From NCBI GenBank assembly GCA_964016885.1, contig OZ024741.1, positions 400,520,001 to 400,584,000 on the forward strand: 64,000 nucleotides of DNA, in the 5' to 3' direction. This document shows, one piece after another, positions 1 to 9,618 of the stretch; positions within the stretch are counted from its first letter, which is position 1; each line of letters begins with the position of its first letter. The translations under genes and the position numbers were made by a program. The stretch comes from Eledone cirrhosa. Its lineage: Eukaryota. The notes beneath the pieces were generated by a model that saw only the letters and a program-made list of their open reading frames with translations, was not told where the DNA came from and made no database searches.

Positions 1-7
1 AACAAAC

Positions 8-817
8 ATGAGAGCACAACTGCAAGGTGATGAGACATCAGCGGGTTTTGCTGCTGCCATTTTCTCATTGGGAGATGGCAAAGTCCCACTCGACGGAGAT
101 GGTGCAGCGGACCTCACAGGGATTTGCAGATGCGTTAAGTCAATTGCTGAGTTACGGACGTCTGTTTTTCCTAATCTTGAGGAGAACTACACAAATCAAG
201 AGTGGTTGTGTGAACGCGCAATATTGGCTTCGAAAAACCACATGGTTGGAAGCATCAATGAACAGCTCATGCTGTGCTTGCCTGGAGACCTGCACGTCTA
301 CAAGTCCCTTGACTCTATGGCTGATCCGGACGAAGTTGTTAATTACCCCACAGAATTTCTTAACTCCCTAGACCCTCCCAGATTTCCACCACACGTACTA
401 CGACTTAAGAAAGGTGCCCCTGTCATGCTCTTCAGGAATTTGGAACCGCGAATGCTTTCCAACGGCACGCGTCTGGTCGTCCAAAAGGCGATGCCTCATG
501 TTATTGAGGCAACAATACTTACAGGATGTGGTAAGGGGGATACTGTCTTCATACCAAGGATACCTCTCATTCCATCCAGTAAAGACATTTCTTTCACATT
601 CAGAAGGCTGCAATTCCCTCTCCGACTCAGTTTCGCCATGTCGATTAACAAATCACAGGGTCAGACGCTGACGGTCGTAGGGCTTAATTTAGAAGAACCG
701 TGCTTCTCCCATGGTCAACTATATGTTGGCTGCTCTCGAGTGAGGAGCTGACATAACCTATTTGCTTTTGCAACTCGCAAGAAAACCCAAAATATAGTCT
801 ATAAGGAAGTTTTGTAG
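8..817 (+). pseudogene. Helitron RepHel PIF1-like helicase C-terminal part with a premature stop
   Basis: Motifs RAILA, NYPTEFLNSL, LKKGAPVMLFRNL, NGTRL, IPRIPL, QFPLRLSFAMSINKSQGQTL, FSHGQLYVGCSRV. The TGA at 749-751 is followed in frame by HNLFAFATRKKTQNIVYKEVL* (ending 817), the usual Helitron C-terminus. Confidence 0.9.
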
Positions 818-1184
818 GCACTCCATCCGCCAACAAGTATCGGTGTTTTTTTTTTTTTGTATAAGTGCTTACATTTGCTGTATCTGTGCTATTTTTGTCA
901 TTTTGACAATACCACGTACGCCTCTGAGGTTGCTTTTACTATACGTTATAAATGTTCAATGTCTCCGTTTTCCGCATTTATATGTTGCTATTACGCTTTG
1001 CTATCGATGTTCCATAGTTTTAACCTAATTAATTTACTTTTCCCTACATCTTATTTACACGTTTTTTTGACATTCCAGCGTGATCTTGCCAATACCGTTT
1101 TTGTGGCCACCGACTGTTACATGCTTTTCTAGGTTATAATGTCAAATAACAAGCAAAGCAAATACGACACACCAAAGTGGTGTG

Positions 1185-1390
1185 AAGGACTTCTTAAGGG
1201 CCACCACCTCTAATCGGAGTCGTCTTTGCTGATAGCTCTGCCGCTGGGACTTTTAAAAGTGAACGATCCAAGGCCCTCTTCAGGGCCACCAAGTTTAAAT
1301 TGTTACCATCGGATTCATCTTTGCTGGCAGCACCGCAGCAGAGATATTTCAAAGTGAACGTTCATAGCCCTTCTTTAGGGCCAACACCTA
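1185..1390 (+). repeat. Imperfect ~85-95 bp tandem repeat in the Helitron 3' UTR
   Basis: AGGGCCA(C/A)CA recurs at about 1197, 1282 and 1377; TCTTTGCTG and AAAGTGAACG each occur twice. Confidence 0.65.
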
Positions 1391-1571
1391 TACATTGATA
1401 CTTCTATAGTCGTATTTAACGGAAGTCTTTCGGTTCATTTGAAGGACTACTCCATTGAGTGTTATACCGAGCAACGCCGGGTACCTCTGCTAGTCTTAAC
1501 TAAAAGGTACATATTACATCTGAACCTGTATTAACTTAGAATGTCTGTACTGGCTACTGGTAGAAGGTACT

Positions 1572-1920
1572 GTGTGTTTGTGTGTGTATGCACGCGCGCG
1601 CGTGTGTGTGTAAGTATATAACTGTGTGTGTGTGCGTGTACAAGTGTATGTGAATGTAAGTGTAAGTGTATGTTGGTGTATGTGGGTGTACGTGTGTGTC
1701 TGTGTATAGGTGTGTGTGCGCGTATGTATGTAGATGTGGGTATGTGTGAGTGTATGTGTGTGTATAAATGTATATGTGAATGTAAATGTATGTCGGTGTG
1801 TATGTGTGTGAGTGTGTGTGTGTGTGTAAATGTATATGTGAGTGTAAACTGTATGTGTGTATGTATAAATCTGTGTGTGCGTGTGTAAATGTATATGTGA
1901 GTGTAAACCTGTATGTGTAA
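1572..1920. repeat. Degenerate (TG/TA)n microsatellite
   Basis: Directly visible. Confidence 0.9.
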
Positions 1921-2062
1921 ATATAATAGGGTGAGTGAGTCCGTAAGAGGACAAAGTAAATATCAAAGGGTCAGTCCTTGCCCTCACATGGGAGGGGGTC
2001 GTTTGAAAAACAACGATTTAACATCAAAAGTAAAACCTTGATAACTGTATGTTCTTCACACA

Positions 2063-2310
2063 TCTCCTCCTCCTTCTTCACACATTTCTTCTTCTTCTTC
2101 TTCTTCTTCTTCTTCTTCTTCTTCTTCTTCTTCTTCCCCTTCTTCTTCTCATTCTTCTCCTCCCCCTTCTTCTTCTTCTTCTTCTTCTTCTTCTCCTCCC
2201 CCTCCTTCTTCTTCTTCTTCTTCTTCTCCTCCCCCTCCTTCTTCTTCTTCTTCTTCTTCTTCTCCCCCCCCCCTCATTCTTCATCCTCCCCCTCCACCTC
2301 CTTCTTCTCT
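2063..2310. repeat. (CTT)n/(CCT)n polypyrimidine microsatellite
   Basis: Directly visible; it generates the spurious poly-F, poly-L and poly-R ORFs. Confidence 0.95.
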
Positions 2311-2681
2311 CACTTATACCACAGTGAAGTGGTGTCAGACCCTCAAGCAGTCCTGTCACAAGCAATCATCTCCAACTCATCCGACTGGATCGTTCTGAGA
2401 TCTTGGTTGTCATTGAGTGAACTCTGCTTCACTGAAGAGATCCAAATATACCGAAACATACTTTGATTGTTGGGGTGGCAAGCAGAGCTGGACTTACTTA
2501 CTCAAGCAAATCCCGATCAACGCCGGGCCATTCTGGTAGTATAATATAAATGAAAGTTGTTTATTGGTTGGATGGTTGAATCACACGAAAACCACACACA
2601 CATACACATAAAGAGAAAGAGGCAGAAATAAAGAGATAGGCCGTTATACACAGAGAGATACAATTAAAGTGTTAGATATTC

Positions 2682-2696
2682 AGAGAGAGAGAGAGA

Positions 2697-2783
<87 letters not shown>
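2682..2783. repeat. (GA)n microsatellite
   Basis: Directly visible. Confidence 0.95.
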
Positions 2784-2786
<3 letters not shown>

Positions 2787-2891
2787 CGTCACACAAAGTA
2801 TATCAGTTGAAGGTTTAACAATATTACGTTAGCTTTCATAAAGTCGTTTTACAGTCTTTGATTTTACAGAACAAAAAAAAGCTGATACTAT

Positions 2892-3120
2892 TTGAAATTG
2901 ATCTACCCTCCAGCTTTTATCCATATACTACTTACAGTCCATACTAACAGAGCTAAACACGTCAGAAGCAATGTTATGCTGTATATTGCTGTGTTTCAGA
3001 TGATGACCTTTGGAGCTGAAAAAGATCATACTGACTATGGTTATTTCACAACATTTAAAATTCAAGATCAATGTTACCATTTAATCGACAGTTTACTCCC
3101 CCAGCCTAATAAGGAAGTTT
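2892..3120 (+). pseudogene. Helitron RepHel N-terminal region fragment
   Basis: AKHVRSNVMLYIAVFQMMTFGA...TFKIQDQCYHLIDSLLPQPN resembles the conserved Helitron segment upstream of Rep (HF..NIR.YN..FQMTSFGA...TFKIQGQ.YH.IGSLLP). Confidence 0.75.
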
Positions 3121-3260
3121 TATTATTGTTTTTTTATGTATCTTTCACACACACACACATTACGGTCTCACCTCATACCAGACAACACATCCAATAGAGT
3201 CGTTTTATCTTTTATCCATCTTTTCTTAACTGTTCTACCGGGCGAAGCAGGGTTCCTCAG

Positions 3261-3316
<56 letters not shown>

Positions 3317-3371
3317 AGTATGCATGTATACGTACATACATATATGTATACAGACGTACAGTAGCATGCAC

Positions 3372-3410
<39 letters not shown>

Positions 3411-3689
3411 TACATATGCATACAGGTACACATACATATATGCACGTATCAGTTTAGCGGCGCTAACGTCGCTTTGTTCGTTTGTAAACAAACTGAACAG
3501 CCTGAATTTATGCCATACTAAGAGTGAGAAATGAAATTTCGTTTTCATTTTGTTTCAATTTATATATATATATATATATAGTAATAATAATAAAATTGAA
3601 GACTAAAATCCAAAGAGGGCTCGATAAGGAAAATATATATCAAATATATCAGAACCGTAGAGCAAATATTTATTAAAATAACAGATTAA

Positions 3690-3740
3690 AGTTTAAGCAA
3701 AGAATCGCTGCTTTCACCCTTAACGGGATCTTCTGAAACT
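3690..3740 (-). ncRNA. Hammerhead-like motif (variant core CAGAAGA, U.U closing stem II)
   Basis: Reverse complement of the motif at 4058-4108. Confidence 0.55.
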
Positions 3741-4057
3741 AACAAAGTCAATCTGTAAACGCAGAACTGGATATTTCAAAAAACGTCTTGGTACGGGTAT
3801 GTTCTTTGTAGAAATATTCAGATGTTGTTTCTGCATGATGAATATAAGTCAGTAGAGTGCTCAACCGAAGGAGCCAAATAGTCTTTGGATTTTAGTCTTC
3901 AATTTTATTATTATTACTATTTGGCTCCTTCGGTTGAGCACTCTACTGACTTATATTCATCATGCAGAAACAACATCTGAATATTTCTACAAAGAACATA
4001 CCCGTACCAAGACGTTTTTTGAAATATCCAGTTCTGCGTTTACAGATTGACTTTGTT

Positions 4058-4108
4058 AGTTTCAGAAGATCCCGTTAAGGGTGAAAGCAGCGATTCTTTG
4101 CTTAAACT
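4058..4108 (+). ncRNA. Hammerhead-like motif, type I, variant core
   Basis: AGTTT-CAGAAGA-T-CCC-GTTAA-GGG-T-GAAA-GCA-loop-TGC-T-T-AAACT. Stems I (5 bp), II and III all pair, but the core reads CAGANGA instead of CUGANGA. Confidence 0.55.
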
Positions 4109-4124
4109 TTAATCTGTTATTTTA

Positions 4125-4162
<38 letters not shown>

Positions 4163-4350
4163 TCTGGTTTTTAACTATTGAGCACTTTGCCAGTATCATT
4201 TCTGATTTTTGCGTTTCGCTTCGCTTCTCCTGCCCGCCGAAATACGATTCTCGCTGAATCTTTATTTGTATATATATATATATATGAAGTGTTTCCGTAG
4301 GAAAGGTAAAGGAAAAGAGAGTGCTCTCTGTAGGCTACAGAGCTTTCTAG

Positions 4351-4541
4351 TTATGTAATAAACAACATAAGATAATTATTTCATTTACCAAAGGTTTCGC
4401 GAAGATAGACGAGCTTGACACAGACGTCTGACTACGGTCGTCAGATTCTGACGACCGAAGTGAGACGTCTGTGTCAGGCTCGTCTGTCTTCGTGAAACCT
4501 TTGGTAAATGAAATAATTATCTTATGTTGTTTATTACATAA
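4351..4541. mobile_element. Fold-back (95-bp arms) PLE/retrozyme-like insert with back-to-back hammerhead motifs
   Basis: Arms 4351-4445 and 4447-4541 are near-perfect reverse complements centred on 4446, followed by (TA)n(TG)n. Confidence 0.8.
4445..4509 (+). ncRNA. Type I hammerhead ribozyme with extended stem II (a mirror copy lies at about 4383-4445 on the minus strand)
   Basis: ATT-CTGACGA-C-CGAAG..AGACG...CGTCT..CTTCG-T-GAAA-CC-TTT-GG-T-A-AAT. Intact CUGANGA/GAAA/UH core with a C.U pair closing stem II. Confidence 0.7.
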
Positions 4542-4663
<122 letters not shown>

Positions 4664-4950
4664 GTATCTCATTACGATATTGTCTCAAATTTGGTTTGAG
4701 TTAACCCGAAAGTGTACTAACTGCTTGCTCTAGCAAATACGATAGTCACTCTCTGTCTACCTTACTATCCGTCTCTGACCTCTGTATCGTATTAATTTCT
4801 CCCTCTACCTTCTCAGGTATTTCCACTTGCTACAAGGGAAACAGTCCTTTTTCTTGACCGATGTATCATGTGTTAATTCTTCCCTCCGCCTATAGAGATT
4901 TTCTCACTTGTTACAAACTTGTCTGGAGAACAGTCCTTTTCTCTGAGCTA

Positions 4951-5041
4951 TTCCTTGACAAGCTGATTGGTCTCACAACGATGATGCATTTCTATAATAT
5001 ACATTGGTTGCATACGGATCAGCGAAACTCTACAGTCGGGA
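4951..5041 (+). ncRNA. Decayed type I hammerhead ribozyme within a ~430-bp insert (about 4666-5101) between (TG)n and (TA)n
   Basis: TTCC-TTGACAA-GCTGAT...ATCAGC-GAAA-CT-CTAC-AG-T-C-GGGA. All three stems pair and the cleavage triplet is GUC. The core differs from CTGACGA by two transitions. Confidence 0.6.
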
Positions 5042-5100
5042 CTTTGAAGAAAAAATAGGTATATATTTGTGTCTATTATTTCCTCTTATTTTATAATTTG

Positions 5101-5156
<56 letters not shown>

Positions 5157-5214
5157 CGTTTCTGAATTTGTTTAGCAAGATTCTTTATCTGAAAACGTGT
5201 GTTGAAACCGATAG

Positions 5215-5304
5215 TGTTATACTTTGGGAGGGTCATGTTGCCAATAAGAAACACACGCACCAGTGTGTTTCTTATTGACAACATGACCCTCCCAAAGTAT
5301 AACA
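5215..5304. repeat. 42-bp-arm inverted repeat (hairpin) with a 6-nt loop
   Basis: TGTTATACTTTGGGAGGGTCATGTTGCCAATAAGAAACACAC / GTGTGTTTCTTATTGACAACATGACCCTCCCAAAGTATAACA. A related end sequence occurs next to (TA)n at 12210-12232. Confidence 0.9.
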
Positions 5305-5535
5305 ATATAGACATATATATATATATGAAAAACAAATCCCAACAATCAAGAGGGTGCAATGACATGAAGTGTATTAGTTTCACACTTGGATGAAGAAAAA
5401 TGACTTACATAGTTAACGTATTGGGCATTTATCTTTAACTTGGAAAACACAAAAGGAAACGTGCAAAGAAAATAAAAGACAAACAATTTTTAAATTGTTG
5501 GAATAATATTAGAAACAAAAAAAAAATAAAAAAGA

Positions 5536-5598
<63 letters not shown>

Positions 5599-5602
<4 letters not shown>

Positions 5603-6128
5603 GTATATATCCCTACACGCAAAAACGTATACCTAAACCTTGATTATATATGTTCTGGCTCGTTGATTTATTAACCTGACATAGAACCACATTGGCATAT
5701 GGTTGGATAATACATGTGTCCCTATACGTTTTTTGCGTGTAGGGATATATACTTTATTATTATTAATCTCACCCTGGTCGAGATAAAATTTGGTCGTTTT
5801 GACTGCTGCTATTTATAGTGGTAGTAGATTGACCTCCCTGCCTCTGCTTCTATCTTTGCACACGGCACTGGACAGAATTGCTTCCACATCATTCATTCTT
5901 ATCTCGCGAACAATTTTGAATAGCGCCAGTTCGTAATTCGAACTCGGGAATTTTATATTCTCCGAGTGAAAAGAACCTTCTGACGAGAGTATATCTTTTC
6001 AATGGAGGCCCGCAAGGACTATCTATTTATTTTTGAGACTCGAAACCGTTTCGGTAAAGGAAACCATAGTAAGTACAGTGGGTTTTTTGAAATTTATTTT
6101 GAAACTTTTTCTTATTTGCTAAACCTTG

Positions 6129-6136
<8 letters not shown>
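5599..6136 (+). mobile_element. Retrozyme-like or solo-pLTR element: 486-bp unit with short terminal direct repeat, 5' inverted segment and hammerhead
   Basis: CTAAACCTTGATTATATA occurs at 5633 and 6119. 5599-5631 is an inverted copy of 5723-5756. (TA)n on both sides; no credible ORF. Confidence 0.75.
5976..6060 (+). ncRNA. Canonical type I hammerhead ribozyme with a long loop II
   Basis: CCTT-CTGACGA-GAGT-(47 nt)-ACTC-GAAA-CCG-TTT-CGG-T-A-AAGG. Every core nucleotide is present and stems I, II and III are perfectly paired. Predicted cleavage 6056/6057. Confidence 0.88.
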
Positions 6137-6205
<69 letters not shown>

Positions 6206-6312
6206 ATAATAATAAATTTGAAGACTAAAATCCAAAGAGGGCTCGATAAGGATAAATATATATCAAATATATAAGAACCGTAGAGCAAATATTTATTAAA
6301 ATAAGAGATTAA

Positions 6313-6363
6313 AGTTTAAGCAAAGAGTCGCTGCTTTCACTCTTAACGGGATCTTCTGAAACT
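6313..6363 (-). ncRNA. Hammerhead-like motif (variant core) in the PLE 3' pLTR
   Basis: Same fold as 4058-4108, with one stem II mismatch (CCC/GAG). Confidence 0.5.
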
Positions 6364-6456
6364 AACAAAGTCAATCTGTAAACGCAGAAGTGTATATAAA
6401 AAAAAAAAGGTTGCAACCGGAGGAAGACAGGAAGACGATACTTTGGTTCGTGGAAA

Positions 6457-6714
6457 CGTTCCCTGGCAAAGAACGGGGAAAAACGAATATAATACGTCAT
6501 TAATAGGAGCGGTGAAAAACAATTACACGCAAAGACAGAACCACGTTTATGGTATAAAAGAAGCCGTAGACTAATGTTCTCTTAGGTGGTGCATAGAGAC
6601 GTTCTCTGGCAATGAACGAAAAAACGAAGATAATACGTTATATGTGGAGCGTGGAGAACAATTGCACACAAAGACAAAACCACGTAAATGGTATAGCTGA
6701 AGTCGTAGACTAAA
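6457..6714. repeat. Imperfect ~143-bp tandem duplication in the PLE 3' UTR
   Basis: CGTTC(C/T)CTGGCAA..GAACG...AAAGACA.AACCACGT..ATGGTATA...CGTAGACTAA starts at 6457 and again at 6600. Confidence 0.75.
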
Positions 6715-7306
6715 ATTATAACTAAGAAACCGAATGAATATCCGCTTCAGAGTTAAGAATAAAGTAAATATAATACAATACAGAGGTAATAGAAATTAAA
6801 TAAATACATACACGCATGCAAATACGTACAAACACAAGCATACGCGAAAACACTTGCCATAGGTATACAAAACCACGCACATATAAATATGTGTGTGTGT
6901 GTGTGCGCGTGTATACTAATAAATAAATAATTAAATAAACGTATATAAATAAATAAATACGTATATAACAAGCGCACACACATACCTACATGTAAATATA
7001 CAAATGTTCGGAGACGTAAGTCAACCAAAACATGAAGTACACATATACACACACCTTACATACGTACGAACCCGCATACTCACACAGACGCAAAACTCCC
7101 GTATACACATAACCAAACCATATGTACCAGAATATATAAAATTATACGCCATAACATATACAATCAAATATACGTACGAGAAAGTATACGTACCTTCACA
7201 AAACATACAGGTAATATATACTTACCTATGCAAATAAGTAATGGTATAAACATAGCATATACTTATCTACCACATCAAGACGTAAAATATCCACGTATAG
7301 ATCGTA

Positions 7307-9429
7307 CTATCCGTTAGGGTATAATGTGGGGCTGTAATACAGGAAAGTTTTGTGCAATTTATGTTTACAAGCCGAAATTGCCTCAGATTTTTTGTTTAAG
7401 ATGTGGTCAGTGGCATAGAGTATTTCCAGGGCCTCAGCGGCGCTGAGGTCACATGGTCTTTTATTTCCGTTATACGATCTAGCCCTAGCTAGGATCTCCC
7501 AGTGTGATTGGGTGTGATTGTCTTTTAGACTCCAGATATAAGCTGAAAGTGACGTCATATTCCTTCTTAGAGGGTAACGAAAAGAATGGGTATGCATGTA
7601 AAGACGCTGCTTGAATATATTGGCGGTTAACCCTATGTAGGCCCTATGGGACGTGGGTGTTACAACCTTACATTTGTAGACAATGTTACTAGAGAGGCAT
7701 TTCCCGGATAGGGGGCAATCAACCCGAATCCTACAATTACAGTTAGTACTAACTACAGGGTTGCACGTGTTCCTACGGCTAGGTAGTTTAGCTAAATTTG
7801 AAGCTGTGATGTTATGTGCAAGGTTAGGAGTCGTAGAGTAAGAAATTTTAATAGTATTTCTATTAAAAATGTTACTATATTTATGTGTAGGGGGAAAATG
7901 CTTCGTAATAGGGGATAGAAAGATCTTAGCTAATGGTGTGGCCACCTCCATATTATATGGTGGGTTATACCAACAAATGCGACGGGATCTATTTCTTCTA
8001 GGTCTATTCTCGTACTCTGTATATGCTACCTTATCGACAAATCCACTCCGAGCAAGAGCTTTATTGTAATAAGTGGAATGGTCGTTGAAAATACGCTCGT
8101 TAGTAGATAGACGAGAAAGCCTCAACGAAACGTTTCTTACCAGGTTTTGGTTTTGCTGGCAGGATGGTTTGAATGCTTACTTATGTAATTAAGCGTATCA
8201 TTCGGCTTTCTATACGGGTAATACAAGCCATTCGATAAATTGCGGGTAACGTCGAGGTAATTAACGGCCGAGAGATTGGCCGCAACCTGTATAGAGAGGT
8301 TGAAGCCTTTAAAGAAGGCTGTGAGTTCTTTTCTGAACCTGTCGCAAGCACTAGGTTCGCACTTAGTCATGGTCAAAAGACCATCATCACGGTACAAACC
8401 ACCGCCCGCGTTGGGGAATTCGTCCTTGATAGAGAAAAGAAGGAAAAGGCCGATAAGATCAGTAACCTCCGCAGAATCGCTGGTGCCCATACTCACGTCG
8501 AATGGGGTACTATTGGATTTTTTAATCCAAATAGAGTCGTCGAAATTAATCACCGACTTACGGGCATTGAGGATGACATCAACTTCGAAATCCTTAACCA
8601 CTGTGAGTGTTTTAGCGAAATTTATAGCTCTAAGGAGAAGTGGTAAAGTGATGGAGGAGTAGTAATTGTTGATGTCGAATTGGATAAAACGGCAATGTTC
8701 CTTGTTACATATGCCGTTGAACCAATCAATCACTGCGAAAGAATTGTTTCACAGTGCAAGAGGGGCCACACTTCTAATTTCAGGTATAATTCTATCAAGA
8801 ATCCTTTTACTAAGTCTACCTAAATCGGACTTCGTAGGGTTAATAAGCCGAATAGAGGGGTTGTTCGGAAAATTGGATTTGTGATCCTTCAAGGTAAAGT
8901 GGGGAGAAATAGGGTCCAGAGGTTCGGTCCGGTCCAGGATGTTGAGATCAGAGGTGATTTTAAACCCAGCATCATTGATTTCATTGATGACGCACCGATT
9001 AGTTTTACGGTAATCCTTAGTTAAAGCATTATGTAGTAGTTGATGGTAAGTACTCCGCTCCACTTGATATAGGTTGCCAGTTTTGTCGGAATAGACGTGC
9101 ACGGCATTAGAATCCTTAATAGAACGAATTCTATTCTTCAGGTCCTGCTGGAAGGAATTGCTCCTATTCCGAAATGTGATACTCCGTATTAGTATCAAGA
9201 CATCATTTTCGAAGGGTAGCAATGCTGGGTTACACGGGAGTTATTATAGGTTTTTAAACCCAAATTTATCCTGTTTGTTGTCTGCTTTTCGTGGATTATC
9301 GAAATAAAGGGCACGCCAACTCAACCTTTTAATGAACGCGTCTATTTTCTGTATCAGGAGTTTTAGGTATGTTTTCCTGCATGGTACGGGTATGTTCTTT
9401 GTAGAAATATTCAGATGTTGTTTCTGCAT
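7307..9429 (-). pseudogene. PLE reverse transcriptase-GIY-YIG endonuclease polyprotein, disrupted
   Basis: N-terminus STKNIPVP..IKRLSWRA; DKTGNLY; TLKDHK..RLINPTKSDLG; RT motifs FIQFDINNYYSSI, MGTSDSAEV, LYRDDGL, NYLDVT, PYRKPN, SNHP; linker WYNPPY and CNCRIRVDC (CxCx5C); endonuclease NIVY..YIGLT..FKQR..H..LNKKSE..CKH. Broken by frameshifts near 9245 and 8140 and an in-frame TGA at 8749-8751. Confidence 0.92.
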
Positions 9430-9618
9430 GATGAATATAAGTCAATAGAGTGCTCAACCGAGGGAGCCAAATAGTAATAATAATAAATTTGAAGACTAAA
9501 ATCCAAAGAGGGCTTGATAAGGATAAATATATATTAAATATATAAGAACCGTAGAGCAAATATTAATATTTGCTCTACGGTTCTTATATATTTGATATAT
9601 ATTTATCCTTATCGAGCC

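Larger units (their letters stand above)
1..1493 (+). mobile_element. Helitron, 3' portion (helicase C-terminus, 3' UTR, subterminal hairpin and CTAG end)
   Basis: PIF1-type helicase ORF followed by a GC-rich subterminal motif ACCGAGCAACGCCGGGT (about 1466-1482) and CTAG at 1490-1493 with a following T, the canonical Helitron 3' terminus. Confidence 0.9.
2540..3264 (+). mobile_element. Short internally deleted (non-autonomous) Helitron with an internal (GA)n tract
   Basis: Follows a Helitron-like 3' end (CCCGATCAACGCCGGG...GTAGT, 2512-2540), contains a RepHel N-terminal fragment, and ends with ACCGGGCGAAGCAGGGT...CTAA (3237-3264, degenerate hairpin plus CTRR). Confidence 0.7.
3579..4131. mobile_element. 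Non-autonomous 300-bp mini-derivative of the neighbouring PLE, inserted as an inverted dimer in (TA)n
   Basis: 3579-3770 matches the PLE 3' end (6201-6390) and 3789-3882 matches the PLE ORF start region (9381-9475). 3883-4131 is the reverse complement of the same unit and has the same deletion junction. (TA)n on both sides. Confidence 0.9.
6200..9618 (-). mobile_element. Penelope-like retroelement (C-terminal GIY-YIG endonuclease, Hydra-clade-like), near full length, with pseudo-LTRs and an inverted 5' end
   Basis: RT plus GIY-YIG coding region. Direct repeat 6200-6293 = 9471-9564. Inverted 54-bp arm 9565-9618 pairs with 9511-9564. The 3' end abuts (TA)n. Confidence 0.92.

Noticed and set aside
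749-751. TGA readthrough in the Helitron helicase
   Set aside because: Most simply a point mutation (e.g. CGA to TGA) in a decaying element; there is no evidence for recoding.
1514-2466. ORFs rich in HT, VC, poly-F, poly-L and poly-R (similar ones at 3257-3548, 4347-4704, 14761-15333, 16534-16936 and 17908-18250)
   Set aside because: These are translations of microsatellites, not genes.
2427-2466. CTGAAGA...GAAAC hammerhead-like spacing
   Set aside because: Stems II and III do not pair convincingly; at best a heavily decayed motif.
8749-8751. In-frame TGA in the PLE ORF as possible selenocysteine (known in some Naiad PLEs)
   Set aside because: It falls where a conserved Trp is expected (L..W.N...VI.WF), so TGG to TGA decay is simpler. 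The copy also has frameshifts and the C-terminal endonuclease layout, not the Naiad one.
7869-8884. Plus-strand ORFs overlapping the PLE
   Set aside because: Antisense shadows of the RT frame with no recognisable motifs.
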